A stretch of DNA of 63,467 bases, filler included, from Craspedostauros australis (taxonomy: Eukaryota): the NCBI GenBank assembly GCA_030167865.1. It is 7 parts of 7 records of this genome, joined end to end, with 100 filler letters (N's around TTAATTAATTAA, not from the genome) between each part and the next. Parts side by side here need not be neighbours in the genome. Positions count along the whole stretch, not along the records: positions 1 to 28,478 come from JALAGF010004399.1; positions 28,579 to 49,751 come from JALAGF010004406.1; 5 more parts are not named here. The stretch is one strand, 5' to 3'. The notes below the pieces were generated by a model. The model was not told the DNA's origin and did no database searches. It saw only the letters and a program-made list of their open reading frames with translations. The translations under genes were made by a program, and so were the position numbers. Below are positions 21,607-34,001 of this stretch, one piece after another (positions within the stretch are counted from its first letter, which is position 1; each line of letters starts with the position of its first letter).

Positions 21607-22687
21607 CTTGCTGATGGATGTATGGGTTGGCTGTGTCTCGTTTCCGTTTCTATTCAAGTGCGATCAGTCTGTTGGTTGGGAGATTTTATGTCTGTTTCAC
21701 GTTGCCGTTGACGTTGATCAGATGTCGATCAAATTGTGGTGGGGATAAGATGTGAAGTTGTGTGAGACTGTGGAGAATGCGGTAGCAGTGCAATTGTGCA
21801 ACTTCGTTACGACGCAAGTTGTGTGAGTCGATTTGGTGACGAAAAGGTGAACGAGATTGTTTGCAAGCATGTGTTTTGATACCAGTGCACATCACAGGAC
21901 GAACGAAACATACGCGGATGATGATGATGATGAATGGCTCGACTCTCCGTTGCACAACACCAAACGAGTGCCGTACCTCGAGAGAGTGCTTTGTTTGATG
22001 TGCTTTGTTGGTTCTTCTTGTGTTTGTTTTCTTTGCGCGTCTGAGAACAGGGCGAATTTGTGCGATGCGTTGGCTTTCTGATGTCCGCGCGTGTGTGTGT
22101 GTTACGAGTGCGCGTGGATGGGCGAGGCCAGATATGCGAGGTTGTGGCAGCGAGAATGGCCGATCCGGCGTGCCAAATCGTGCCGCAACGGCCGACCGAG
22201 GCTTATTGTCGGCACGTGTCTGTCTCACGACACCATCATACCATAACAAGTTTTGTCGATGGCTGTCGCCAAATCTGGAGCGACAGAGAACCCGCTTTGA
22301 CTACATCGACCAAACATTTCTTTCAATCGTACATATAAAAAATCACGTAATGTGTATGTCCGTGTGTCCGTCTCTGTATTCATTTGCTTCGCCATCCAAA
22401 CGCAAACGTCGCTCCTCACAAAACCAAATCTTGTGATCTCCATCACGAGAACCTCTGTGCAAATCCATCGTTCCACGATGATCATCATCGATCGCCAAGT
22501 CGCCTCTTGACACTCTATCATTCCATTGGAGGGGCTTCTCTCGCTTCCTCCCACGCTCCTCACACATTCATGGTTGCTGCTGACTCCGATCGTGTAGATC
22601 TCGCATCCAAATCAATCAGCTGCGAGCGAAACGTGAAAATCATTACTCTACTTCACAAGCAGAGCACTTCGAGGAACGTGACGCACG

Positions 22688-24565
22688 ATGAGCGGCAGCA
22701 AGGAAGACGACGTCGTGATTGCGCAGAACGCCAAGTCGGTGGCCAACGCACCGCTGCCAGCTCCGTTGGACGACAACGATCCCAACTCCAAGCTCGGGAG
22801 CATCCTTCTGTTCTACCAGTACAAGGAGCCGGAATGGACGGACAAGGAGCACAAGCAGATGCTGAAGGACGTCATCGCCCTGGGGCGGCACTGCAAAGTC
22901 ACGGGTCGCGGCCGCGTGGCGCCGGAGGGCCTCAACTGCACGCTGTCCGGCAGACCCAATGACATTCGCAGCTTCTGCGCTGGGTTGCGCAAGTGCGATC
23001 CCTTGTTCCACAATACGGATTTCAAGATCACGGATGGCATTCCGATCGCCAAGCTGTTCAAGAGCCTCAGCATCCGCAAGACGAAGGAGCTCGTGGCGTA
23101 CGGGTTGGCAAGGGAGGACAAGGCGCCGTCGCTGGCCAAGTTCGCCGGGACGCATCTCAATGCCACGGAATATCACGATGCCATGAAGGACAAGGATACG
23201 GTCATCATCGATGTTCGCAATGCCTACGAATCGGCGATCGGCCACTTCCAGCCACCGACGGACGGAGCAGAGCTGGTGGATCCCAAGATGCGCAATTCCA
23301 TCGAATTCCCAAAGTGGTTGGCCGATGAGCGGACGCAGAAGAAGTTGCACAACAAGAAGGTGCTGATGTATTGCACAGGTGCGTTATTCTTTTCATTCCG
23401 TGAATGAGGTGGACTGTGTGCTTGCTTTATGTGGAAGAGTCCTCAAGCATGGAATATTGTACATTGGCCAGTCTGAACATTGATTGCCTTACCAAACTGA
23501 GAGGCACACTCGACTTGACAAGCAGCGTCGCCTCTTTCTAATGGATTGACTCTTATTTGTCATGTCGCATCATATACTTCGCTACTTGGACACAAAATTA
23601 CTTGGACACACAACAACTACAACAACGACGACTACAACTGGATTGATGTGGCAATCGCAGGCGGAATCCGGTGCGAACGAGCCACGGCCTTGCTCAATCA
23701 AATGTCGTCGATCAATTCCAAACAGTGCAAACCAAAGGGCGTTTACGAACTGCAGGGCGGCATCGAACGATACGTCAAGACGTACCCGCAGGGCGGATTC
23801 TGGAAAGGCAAGAACTACCTCTTCGACCGTCGAATGGAGCAGATCCCCGGCGACAAATCCGAACATCAGGCCGATGCGGAGATTGGCAAGGACTGCACGT
23901 GCGTTGTCTGCAACAAACCATGGACGAAGTACCGCGGCAAATACGCATGCTCGCGCGGTCTATGTGGCGTGCCCGTGGTCGTGTGCGATGATTGCAAGAT
24001 GACGGCGACGACCAATCCCGAGCAACTCACTTGCGTGCTGTGTCGTGATGGGTACAAGGCGCCGCAGCTCATGCCGGATCTCGTCGGGATGAAACGGAAA
24101 GCAGAGAGCCAAGCGGCGGTCATTGATGCAGACACAGATGCAGACAGCTCGTCGCGAAGCAACAAAAAGTCAAAACGGAACGCCTCCAACGAAAACAATG
24201 CCAAGGTGAACATCAAGGATCGATTGTTCCTGTCGAGGCTGCCGCTCACGGCCACAAGGACCAAAGTTGCGGAAACCTTGGGCGATGCGCGCATAAAGGC
24301 ATTGCAATGGCTGACGGATAAGAAGACTGGCGCATTCTACGGCTCCTGCATTGTTCAGGTGGAATCGGAACGCAAAGGAGAGGAGATCATTCGATCTGCG
24401 AAGAGTGGATACAGGATGGACAAGAAGAAATTCCGGATATCTTTCTGTCAACGCAGGGCCGCAAGCGACGACGGCGGCGACAATGGAGCTGAGAAATCGA
24501 AAAGCGAGAGTGCTTGGCCACCGCCTGGCCATGTGGAAAAGGAGTATCCGCCGATCGGCAAGTGA
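22688..24565 (+). CDS. TSTD2: TrhO/YceA-family (TSTD2-like) rhodanese protein with C-terminal RRM; exons 22688-23378 and 23661-24565
   Basis: ILLFYQY, GRGRVAPEGLNCTLSG and IIDVRNAYESAIGHF. The intron 23379-23660 (G|GTGCGT ... CGCAG|GC) rebuilds the hallmark YCTGGIRCE. Also YELQGGIERY, WKGKNYLFDRR, a Cys cluster, and RNP2/RNP1-like RLFLSRLP / FYGSCIVQV. Confidence 0.9.
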
Positions 24566-24840
24566 AAGCACATGCATGAGCTGTACAGCATAAGCCTCCG
24601 TAGAGAGAATACGATTATAGAGTAATGCACTCCATTCCACTCCATGTGTGTATGTCACATGCGTCCAAAGCACGATGATGTGACAGGACTGTGACAGTAC
24701 CATGATGGAATGTGGTTGTGGTTGTGGATGGACCGTCGACGATGGCGGCGAGAAATCTTGCGGCGCTCGTGGTGGCGATGAACTGAATCATAATCGGTAC
24801 CAGCCGACCCATTCGTCTGTGTGCATTGCATGGTGATGTT

Positions 24841-25572
24841 TCATTTCCGTGTTGTTATCGAACTTGGCTTGACAGACGTTGACTGCGATCCGAGCATGAC
24901 ATTCCAAGCGAATGTCCAGCAGTTGTGATTGATGAGATGCAGGTCTTTTCTGGAGTATTCCCTAGCACAGGATGCCACAGACTCTGCCAGCTCCATTGCA
25001 TCGGGGTGCGACTTGGCTATCATTGACGAGGTCGGTGACGACGATGCTGACGGTGATATTGATGGTTCTTTGCTGATCTGCACGGCTTGACTCCCCGTGC
25101 CATCTCGATAGTCGAATATCCTGATTTGGCCTGGCACGTCCTGCAGCGTGATCAGTTTCTGGAGGGTGGCGCTGGATGTTGCATTCAATGGAATGAAGTC
25201 CACCACCACAAGCTCCACTTCCCTGCGAGTGTTGCTGTCCTTGCCATGGTTACCACTCTCGTCAACAATGACGTTGGCATCCACGGCCACAACAACCTGC
25301 ACGTGCAGCGGCAGCCAGGATGGTCCACCGATGAGCGGTTTCATCTTGAGACGCAGATGCCTCGCATTCGACACGAACTTTGGCGGCAGTGAGATGGTGA
25401 ACGCCGATGCCGTCGCGATAATCGATTGCCCCTGATCAGTCCTCCATGATAGCGCCAGCAGGAGGACAGCCAGCCAAACGAATGGCTGGGCTGGACATGC
25501 CGAGTACTTCGAATTTGTCCGCATCATAGTTGTGCGTGCGTTTGGCGTCTTGTTCTTGCAGAGTGCCTGCAT
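24841..25572 (-). CDS. Putative plastid-targeted PPPDE/permuted papain-like protein
   Basis: Hydrophobic signal segment, then ATASAFT (ASAF motif). LHVQVVV, VDFIP and LHLINHNCWTFA fit a His...Cys permuted NlpC/P60 dyad pattern. Confidence 0.6.
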   Translation of the reverse strand: MQALCKNKTPNARTTMMRTNSKYSACPAQPFVWLAVLLLALSWRTDQGQSIIATASAFTISLPPKFVSNARHLRLKMKPLIGGPSWLPLHVQVVVAVDANVIVDESGNHGKDSNTRREVELVVVDFIPLNATSSATLQKLITLQDVPGQIRIFDYRDGTGSQAVQISKEPSISPSASSSPTSSMIAKSHPDAMELAESVASCAREYSRKDLHLINHNCWTFAWNVMLGSQSTSVKPSSITTRK

Positions 25573-25908
25573 CTACTCCCTATAATAAGGATACGAGTAT
25601 GTATGGTACGAATACGTACGTGCGGGGTGATCTTCTTCTGCCCTGTGGTCCGGTCTGTGTGATGCGCAATTGTCGCAAATGCCGCAGTTGCTGCGATTGG
25701 AGCGATGCAGACCTCGGTTCATCCATTTCATCCTCCTTTCCAGAAAAAGTGTCAAACAAATACGTAGCCTGATGGTACGAACCTAGAGATAGAAAGATGC
25801 CGCAAGTGTGCAGAGAGTACATGCACCACACCGCTATTCTCCCTCCCCCGACGAACGCAGCAGCATTGGCGGTATTATTGCCACGACTATGCAATACTTG
25901 TATCACGA

Positions 25909-27264
25909 TCAACTTTCCGCACGCGGTTTATCCATGGCAGCCTGAAGGATCGCCAACCAGGGATCCGCATCATCGTGTGGTTTCAGAATTCTCGCTGTGC
26001 GGTTCCCCTCCATGTTCTCATCGAATCGCACAACCGTCCACCCGAAACCGCCTTGGCTGAGTTTTTCCATACTGAACGGCATGATGTTTGTGATGCGACG
26101 GTGTGCGTGCCTCATCCAAGCAGCCAGGACCGACAAAGCAGATGAAGAACCAATTAAGATGTCGGAATGGATCATTTCAGTAAGGGCATCTGCGACGGTC
26201 GCCTTACTGTCTCGGCCCATCACAGTCATATGCTGGAGATCATTGTGGGTCAGACCGATTCGTGACGTAACTTCGGCCACCTTGCCATCCGAGTGGATCA
26301 CAAACTGAAGATCAGGTGGGTTGGACATCCGCTCGGCAGCCTGCTGAAGATTGCGAATGATTTGCTGGTACAGTTCGCCTGGCTGAATCCGCCTCCTCGC
26401 ATCTCCCAGGCGGTAATGCACGACGACGCGGATTTGATGGATCGAATTCGATCCACTATCTCGCATTGTTGTTGAATCCGGCTGTGACCTGATGCCAGGT
26501 TCTACGATCGGGCTTATGCCATTGTACCACATGTCCTCCATCCACCTGCTCTCCTCGTTGTCTTTGGCGAGCAGGCAGTACACAAAGTCCCAGCAATTGT
26601 CGGCGGTAATGACCGGGATCGGTTTGTGTTCAAAAGAGGAAGCACCATCGCACGCTTTCGTCCGTGTGTCCTCGTCGAACCAGCTGGCTCTTCTGCATCT
26701 ACCGACGCTTGGGAGTGGATCTCTGCGCTCGATTTTCATGGTGAGGTCATCGAAGAGCAATCCTCCCGTCGCCTCCACCGTGCGATGCAACCCGAAGAAT
26801 GCTTCCATCTCCCTGGGATTTGCTCCATGCTCCATCTGCGACATCGGAAGATGCACGTAGGTGAGATTCAGCATGGCGGCAGCCATCATGCACGACAGCT
26901 TGGCCTCCAGTTGATGGCCGAATCCGTCAATCCCATAAGAGCTGATCATGCACTTTGACTTGCGTTCTTGCATCGATGCCGTGCGATAGACATGATACTG
27001 CCTTGTAGCTTCATCCATCTCGATGGCAGATGTCGATGGTGACCCTGCTGGTGCTCCCGATGGAGGTTCTGTTGATTCGATGTTCATCGCCAACGTGTTG
27101 GTTGGAGATGTCAAGGTGAACATGTGCAGGTTCTGATTCTGTGACACCAGATTGTCAATGACAAGGCCGACGACCATGCCAAGCACAGCCACGCTCCTGA
27201 AAAACCTGGGTGGCTTTGGCGTTGCCGGCGCCTCATCAGAGTTGCCAATCGATGTTCGTTTCAT
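25909..27264 (-). CDS. Type II membrane GT-B fucosyltransferase-like protein (GT11/GT23-like)
   Basis: N-terminal TM, DGFGHQL, VVVHYRLGD (GDP-fucose-binding HxRxGD), FVIHSDG and SDILIGSSSALS. Confidence 0.8.
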   Translation of the reverse strand: MKRTSIGNSDEAPATPKPPRFFRSVAVLGMVVGLVIDNLVSQNQNLHMFTLTSPTNTLAMNIESTEPPSGAPAGSPSTSAIEMDEATRQYHVYRTASMQERKSKCMISSYGIDGFGHQLEAKLSCMMAAAMLNLTYVHLPMSQMEHGANPREMEAFFGLHRTVEATGGLLFDDLTMKIERRDPLPSVGRCRRASWFDEDTRTKACDGASSFEHKPIPVITADNCWDFVYCLLAKDNEESRWMEDMWYNGISPIVEPGIRSQPDSTTMRDSGSNSIHQIRVVVHYRLGDARRRIQPGELYQQIIRNLQQAAERMSNPPDLQFVIHSDGKVAEVTSRIGLTHNDLQHMTVMGRDSKATVADALTEMIHSDILIGSSSALSVLAAWMRHAHRRITNIMPFSMEKLSQGGFGWTVVRFDENMEGNRTARILKPHDDADPWLAILQAAMDKPRAES

Positions 27265-27563
27265 CTCAATGTGGTGTCGATATATCGTACGACCTGCGGA
27301 TACCGGAAAATGCGTCGCGCGATAACGCTAGTTGTAGAGTTTTGGGTCCTTGTTGCCACTGGTTTGCTTGCTTCTGGGAGAAACGGCGATTAGATATTTA
27401 GAGCTATTTCGTGTTTGCTCTCGCTGATCCGTCTTCTACGTCACAGGGAACGGATTCCACGTCATGAAACACGAGTCACAACAGAGGAAGAGACATCGTG
27501 TGGCTCTTCCTCCACAAGACAACATGATGACTGTGCGAAGCAACGATCACACACGATGCTACG

Positions 27564-28160
27564 GTGTCATCTTTGCCATCGCAGCAGCAGCAGCAGCAGC
27601 AGCAGCAGCGCAAGCAAGGGGCCAAACTGGGCCTTGTGTCGGCGACGTTGGGATTTGTCGGGACGATGTTTGGAAGAAAGGCTGCCGGTAATGATGCATC
27701 CAAGTCAGAGAAGGGTAGGGAAACTACGGATGCTCAATCGAACACCACCCCCACTGTGCTCAAAGCAGCAACGTCAACCGCAACCTCCGTCGACCAACGC
27801 AATGCCACGACGGCAGGCAGCGGAGCCACTTCAGTCAAATCCACACCCTCCACTCAACACGCCACAGCCAGCGGATGCTCGGCGGCGCCGAGCTCCGTCC
27901 GAGTCGGAGAGAACCAAGCCCGAAACAACCCTGCCATTGTGGCACTGTCCAGGAAAGAGGCGGAAGGTTCGGTATCTGTCATCCCTGCACCCACTTCGGT
28001 CAGAAAGATGCGTGGTAAGCAGGCGGTGGCGGCCTTCGGTGCAATTGCTGCCTCTCAGTCGATGCCAAAGTTCTACAACAATTCGCTTGGCAAGGAATCA
28101 CCATCCAGGATTGGACAAAGCAAGAATGCAAGCGCCGGAACCGAAAAGAGCACCATCTGA
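27564..28160 (+). other. Low-complexity ORF (polyQ, Ser/Thr/Ala-rich), possibly a degenerate or gap-broken gene
   Basis: (CAG)n tract and coding-like composition. No ATG start. The frame stays open past the TGA into an N gap. Confidence 0.25.
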
Positions 28161-28522
28161 AGCATTCACAGCAATCATGATGGTCAGACCACATCCATGG
28201 ACGTCACGGATCGCGTCTCCAACCAGCGACNNNNNNNNNNNNNNNNNNNNNNNNGAATCGCGTCGCCAACAGCCTCTGCAACAGGCATCGATCTTCCAGC
28301 GGGAGCATACGTTGCGAACCGTGTGCTTGCTCCAAATAAGCGGTAACCGGCCCAAACAGCGCGTTCCGCATCCTTGTCTTCTGGGTCCGAGGCCGACCAG
28401 CAGTCGAACGATCAACAGCAGGCCAAGAAATTGGCACGAAATGCCGAACCCCCACCTGTGACCATGACGCAAGCTACCNNNNNNNNNNNNNNNNNNNNNN
28501 NNNNNNNNNNNNNNNNNNNNNN

Positions 28523-28534
28523 TTAATTAATTAA
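28523..28534. other. Artificial contig-join linker TTAATTAATTAA within N run (also 49796-49807, 54362-54373, 56267-56278, 58112-58123, 60937-60948)
   Basis: Identical 12-mer with stops in all six frames, always embedded in N padding. Confidence 0.97.
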
Positions 28535-29387
28535 NNNNNNNNNNNNNNNNNNNNNNNNNNNNNNNNNNNNNNNNNNNNAATATGCCAGGAGATGACACAG
28601 ACAGCGACGAAATGAGGGTTGGACACAACCATGGTGCCAACTACGATGGTCTCGCATTAACTCGACAATCTCTAAGCGCATATTATCAGGGTCCGTCGGG
28701 TGTGCTTCTTTTTATTCGACCAGCACTTCATTGTGTGGTTTTATATTTCCCCCGCAGCTTCTGAGGGTGGCTGAACGACAAAAACAGAGCGTGCCGTGCC
28801 TGTGTTCGGGCTGAATCCTTTCCGGTCGGAGTAGTATTAGAGAACAAGACTGAATCTCCATCCCGCCATGTTCTCTCTCACCCGCGACGATCGCAAAAAT
28901 TTGGAGTTCTCCATTTGTGATTGATGCTCGACGAATCTGCGTCGCGGCTCAACGAATCAACGATAAAGTTGGCTACCCTGTTTTTGGCCACACAACAAAA
29001 CGCGCATGGGGCCAACAGCCAAACCACAATCGTTGTGTCTTGTGATCCAAATTGTGAGGGCCAAGCCGCCGTTATTCGTCAGTCGATGATGGCATGAACA
29101 TCTCGTGATCAGCATCTTTGCACGATCCACGGGGGTGCCGTCTCTTCCGGCGAAGCAGATTCAGAGGTTTCATGTTGCCTTCGCTTTGCGCATCTTGGAG
29201 TGGAGCGGTCTACTGCTATTCTATATAGTATTCTTGAAGACCCTACTCTAGTCTGCTGCAGAGATAGTATTATATGTTCGTACTCGTACTGCGGTGTTGT
29301 CCTATGTTATGCCATGTTATGCCGTGCCATACCGTAAGATGCAAATGCCAACAACACTCTCTTGCATCTGTCCGTCGCTGCACTATG

Positions 29388-32300
29388 TTAAATGCGCTGC
29401 TGAGAATGCTTGGTGATCTGCTTGCGCAGCACCATGACTCCGCTTCCGACCAAGCCGATGAAACCGAGCGCCCGGAGACTAGGGATCCCGGTGCACACGA
29501 AGGTTGGGATCAGCGTCAGCGGCATGAAGATACTGAACTGGTTGGATGGCACGTCCTGCTCCTTCCACAGCCGCGACAAAACGAGGAACAGGGAGGGCAG
29601 CGCTGCGGCAAGACCGCCCAGATGAACGAGCGGGGTGAAGATGTTGTCGCATGTCCAAATGCCGCTCGCGGCGAGCTTGGTGGAGACGTCCGTTGCGGCG
29701 CTGTAGCTGATGCTCCTCTCGGCGAGCTCCGCCAGCATCCAGGCTTCTGACTTGTGATCGAACAAATTGGCGAACATGGTCTTGTGGATGGAGGCCGTGC
29801 GTCCATCGATCAGCCCTCTGAGCAGGATTACGTACAGCGATGCGATGAACAGCACGAGGCACGTTGCGATCACCGGCGGGGCGAGACGGTTGGAGTCGTT
29901 CAGTGCATCGATTGTGAATCCGATCGTCTGAACCTGAGGTTTGGATTTGTTGGACACCCGCTGCACCGTGCGTCTGCGATCGTTCGATACTTCGCCTTCC
30001 AAGGCCAGAAGCATCGGCGCAACCAGAAAGGTTCCCAGAATGGACACCGGAATGCCAAGAATTGTCGTGACGTCGAAGTTGTCGTCCAAGCCAGCGACGC
30101 CGTATCCACCGTACAGGACGGTAATGGCGAGCAGCCAGGCCATGGCCGCATTGAGGTTGCCGAGTTTTCTGGAGGCACGGTCGCGTCCTGGCCTGGCTCT
30201 CAGCGCACAGGCGATGGACAACGCCGAGATGGAGGCCACCGTGAGGAAGGTGGACATCCAACCACCGACGCCGAACATCGGCTCCTCCAGGCTCCTCACG
30301 AGGAGGTGCGGCGCCGAGACGACGAAGGTGAAGACCACCAAAATGGCAACCCAGATCTTCGACACCTGATCCACCTCGTCGAAGTTCTCCAGTTCCAAGA
30401 AGTAGGACAGGACCGCCACGACGGTCGCAAAGAAGGAGACTGCCATGGAACCGAATCCGGTGGCGATCAGGATGGGCAGCGATGCCTGGCTCATGCCCTG
30501 CATCGTCACGAACCACGAAACTCCAGATCCGAACATCATGCTGAACATCATCATGCGGAAGAGCATCATGTTGTCCTTCTTGCCGGTGGGCGATCGACGT
30601 TCGCGAAGCTCCAACGGCCCCGTGACGGCCAGCAACGTGGCCAGGGACGCTACGAGGATGCCCCAACCTCCCGTGCGGCTTGTGCCGTCGGAAGACAGCT
30701 TCGAACCAACGCTGGAAATGGATGCGTACGGGTTGGACACGCCATTCTCCAACGTGCCGCGGATCCATTCGGGCACTGACGGTGCCGACAGCGCAATTCC
30801 AACTCCCATGGCCAACATCACCATCGAAACTCGCTTCCAGGTCTCCGCTCCTCCGTCGGGCAGATAATGCGACAGCATGGAAAGTAATGCGATGCCCCAC
30901 AACGCCAGCGCGAACCCAATCAGCTCGCTGAATGGAGGCGCGACGCTGTAGTACGCTCCACCACCGTAGTGCTTGGAGAATGCCATGATGAGAGGCGTGA
31001 GCACGTAAGGGACTGTCGCCATCAGCGTGATCGGCATAATAACGAGACTGTACAAGTAAATGAACTTCCTTGCCTTGGTCGGTACCTCCACGTCCGCCAC
31101 CATGTTCGATGTTCTGCGCCTGCGTCCCGTGCTCGTCTTCATGTAGATCGGCGATAGGATTGCGCGTGGTGCGAACATGACGATGAGCATGATCGTGGTG
31201 ACCATGGCGCGGAAGAACAGCTGCGTTGCCTTGCGCTCCTGTCTCTTTCGACTGCGGATGCCGCCGTCCAGTTCGCTTGCGTCAGTGATGACCGCCACGG
31301 CCTTGCCGATGGCCAATGCCGCAAGGCACATGGAGGCTTTCGATGAGGCGATCTTTTGCCTGTAGTAGAAGAATGCGATCGCGAACAACAGCAGACTGGT
31401 GATCATCGCCGTGGCGTGATCGTACAGATAGCCCTCGTCTTGCCACGCATCGGACCCGCTGACGTCCATGTCCTGACCGACGAGTTCCTTGGACGGCACA
31501 GGATGCTTCAGCAAGGTGAGCTCCAATATCGTGAGCAGCAGGGCGTAGACGCAGGCGAGGATGCCGTTGGCATCTAGACGCTTGAGGATGGAGGCGCCTG
31601 GCCCACCTGCCGGTCGCACAGCGAGGCCCGTGACCAAACCGATGAGGACCGATGCCGCCACGAATGTCATACCGAATCGGACGAGAGGCACGCGCACGCT
31701 GAATGGCATAGCCAAGGCGACGGTTTCGTTGATGACGGCGAATCGGTAATTGAACACGACCACGCCGGACGCATGCACCACGAAGAGGAAGATGCTGAGG
31801 TATCGCAGCATGCGTGTTGCCATCCACACCGACAGACCCAGCGAGGACAGGATGGGCAGCGGCGTCAGTCCCCACGGCATTCCAAATGCCTTGCCGAACA
31901 GCAGCCCCCCGCTGGCGATGCAAAGCTGGATGAGATCCTCCTGATACTCGCCGAACAACGGTTCGTTGGTGACGTTCGAGACTCTGCCCGTCATCCATAC
32001 AGCGAAGTAAACTGCCAGCGTGGCCGCCGTGAGGTACATGGAGACGACCGTCGTGGAGGCCAGGTCGTGACCGTTGAATTGATACGCCACCGTGTGACAC
32101 AATGGAATGAGGTACCGTTGCTGCAACGCCCAGGAACCAAGCAACGAGACGCCCATGGGAATGAGAGCGCCGCGCAACGTGGTGCCCTGCGGGAACAGGT
32201 TGTTGCGCTTCATGACGTACGGCGAATCGAGCTTCTTGCGCACCGTCGATGTCTGTGCTGCGCTTGTTTCATCGTTGGTCTCGGCGGAGCTGTCAACTTC

Positions 32301-34001
32301 GAAACTCATGACGTGCGTGGATAAGATGATCAAGCTGAAGTGGAGCATGTAGGGGACCGTCCAGACCAATACGACGTCGTAGATATCATCCATGGATGCG
32401 TTGCGGCTGAGGATGCGATGGCGGAACATGAGGATGTGCACAAGTCCTGGCACAAGCAGCAGGAGCATGGAATGGATGCGCGCTACCGTTGCCGTGATAC
32501 AGTATTGGACGGAATTTGCTGATTGCGTTCTCGATCCATGCAGCTTCGAGTTGGGGCTGTTGCCGTAGGACGGTTTGGCGGATGAGTTGTTGTTGGCAAG
32601 CTCGAATGAAGTTTCCGATGTTCCGAGAAGGTACATTCCAATCGCGAGGAAGGCCGCGAATAAGTGCGGTGCGAACGTTGCCACTCTGTCCAATCCCCAG
32701 TACTCGGAGAGCAAACGAACGACATGGAACGTCCCTATACAAGCCACAAGGGGTGGTAGCGCGGAATGCAAGGACCGTTCCATCCCAATGGCCACGGAAG
32801 GAACATCCTTGTGCAACCATTCGAATTGGAGTGTTCCCCAGCATGCCTGTGTTGAATTTTGCGCCGGGCGCACACAGATGAAACGATACAGTTGGAATGG
32901 AAGAGAGGGGTAGAGATGAGCGTGTTGGTGTGCCGCAGTTGAGAACGAAACAGAACAAGCACAGAAGCATGACAGCAATGCAATGCAATCCAATTCAGTG
33001 GACGTAATTCAGCACAACCAAATGGCACGCACCATGCAACAGAAGAACATGCCCTCGACGGCCAACTTGAGCAGCTGCAGGATCATCTCGGAACCGCTGG
33101 CATCCGCGTCGTCGACCTGCAACAAATTCCCGAATCCGCTGAGCATGGTGAGAAAGAGCGCCGAGATCCAAATGGCCACGACGAGGGCATCGCGAAAGTC
33201 GCTCAAATCCAAGGCGTAGAGGATGAGGGCGTCGATCATGATGAGCTGCAGGACGAGGGGCGATTCGTGCCACCAGAGGATGGAGACGAAGGTCGGCAGG
33301 AGCAGGAGCAGGGCGAGGGCATTGTGGTCGTATGTTTGCTTCGCGCCGGCCTTGATTCTGCTGGGCGCGGCCGATGGTGCCTGTTTGACGGGCGTGGCGT
33401 AGCTGCTTGGAGGCAGGACGTAGGGTGAGGAGTAGGACACCACGCCCGGTCCGGAATGTACGTTGGTGTGATCGGCGCCTGCGGTGGCGTACGATGCACC
33501 CGCATAGTACGATGATGCTCCCGGCAATGCTTGCGAAGTCGCAAAGCCAGATCCGTTGGAGTACGATCCTGCTGCTGTGGATGCAGACGTGGAAGATGCA
33601 GCCGCTGATGCTGCATCAGGCGTTCTTCTGTGCGTCATTCCTGTGGTGGCGGCTGGGGTGGCTGGCATTGGAGGAAGGGACGTCGACGTTGGCGCAGCTG
33701 GTTTGGGTGGTATGACTGTTGGCGCTGCTGCTGGCGTGTTTGGTTGTGCGTAGCCATAGTACGCAGACGTCGCCGTAGGTCTTGCTGGTGCTACTGCTGT
33801 TGCTGTTGGCTGCGCCTGTGACTGCAGATGAGACGGTTGCTGCGAATGCTGGTGCTGAGGCTGACTCTGATACCCGTATGGACTTTGCGCTGGAGGCTGA
33901 GGCCTTGGAGGCGGGGTTGGCGGTGGCTTCGGTCGACCATACTGCTGCTGCTGTTGCTGTGGCGGCGGCCGTGGTGGTGGTGGAGGTTGAGATGACGACA
34001 T
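29388..34001 (-). CDS. NEF1: NO EXINE FORMATION 1-like polytopic membrane protein; exons 34001-33033 and 32846-29388
   Basis: Pro/Gln-rich N-terminus then more than 20 TM segments. The intron 33032-32847 (ATG|GTGCGT ... ACAG|GCA) gives FFCCM-ACWGTLQFEWLHKDVPSVAIGMERSLHSALP, matching the plant NEF1 segment as I recall it (CWxxLQFxWL..E.P......ER.L). Confidence 0.8.

Noticed and set aside
20675..21748. 357-aa hydrophobic repeat ORF on the + strand
   Set aside because: Antisense shadow of the TKxP repeat gene. The - strand has the signal peptide, RRL motif and a proper ATG.
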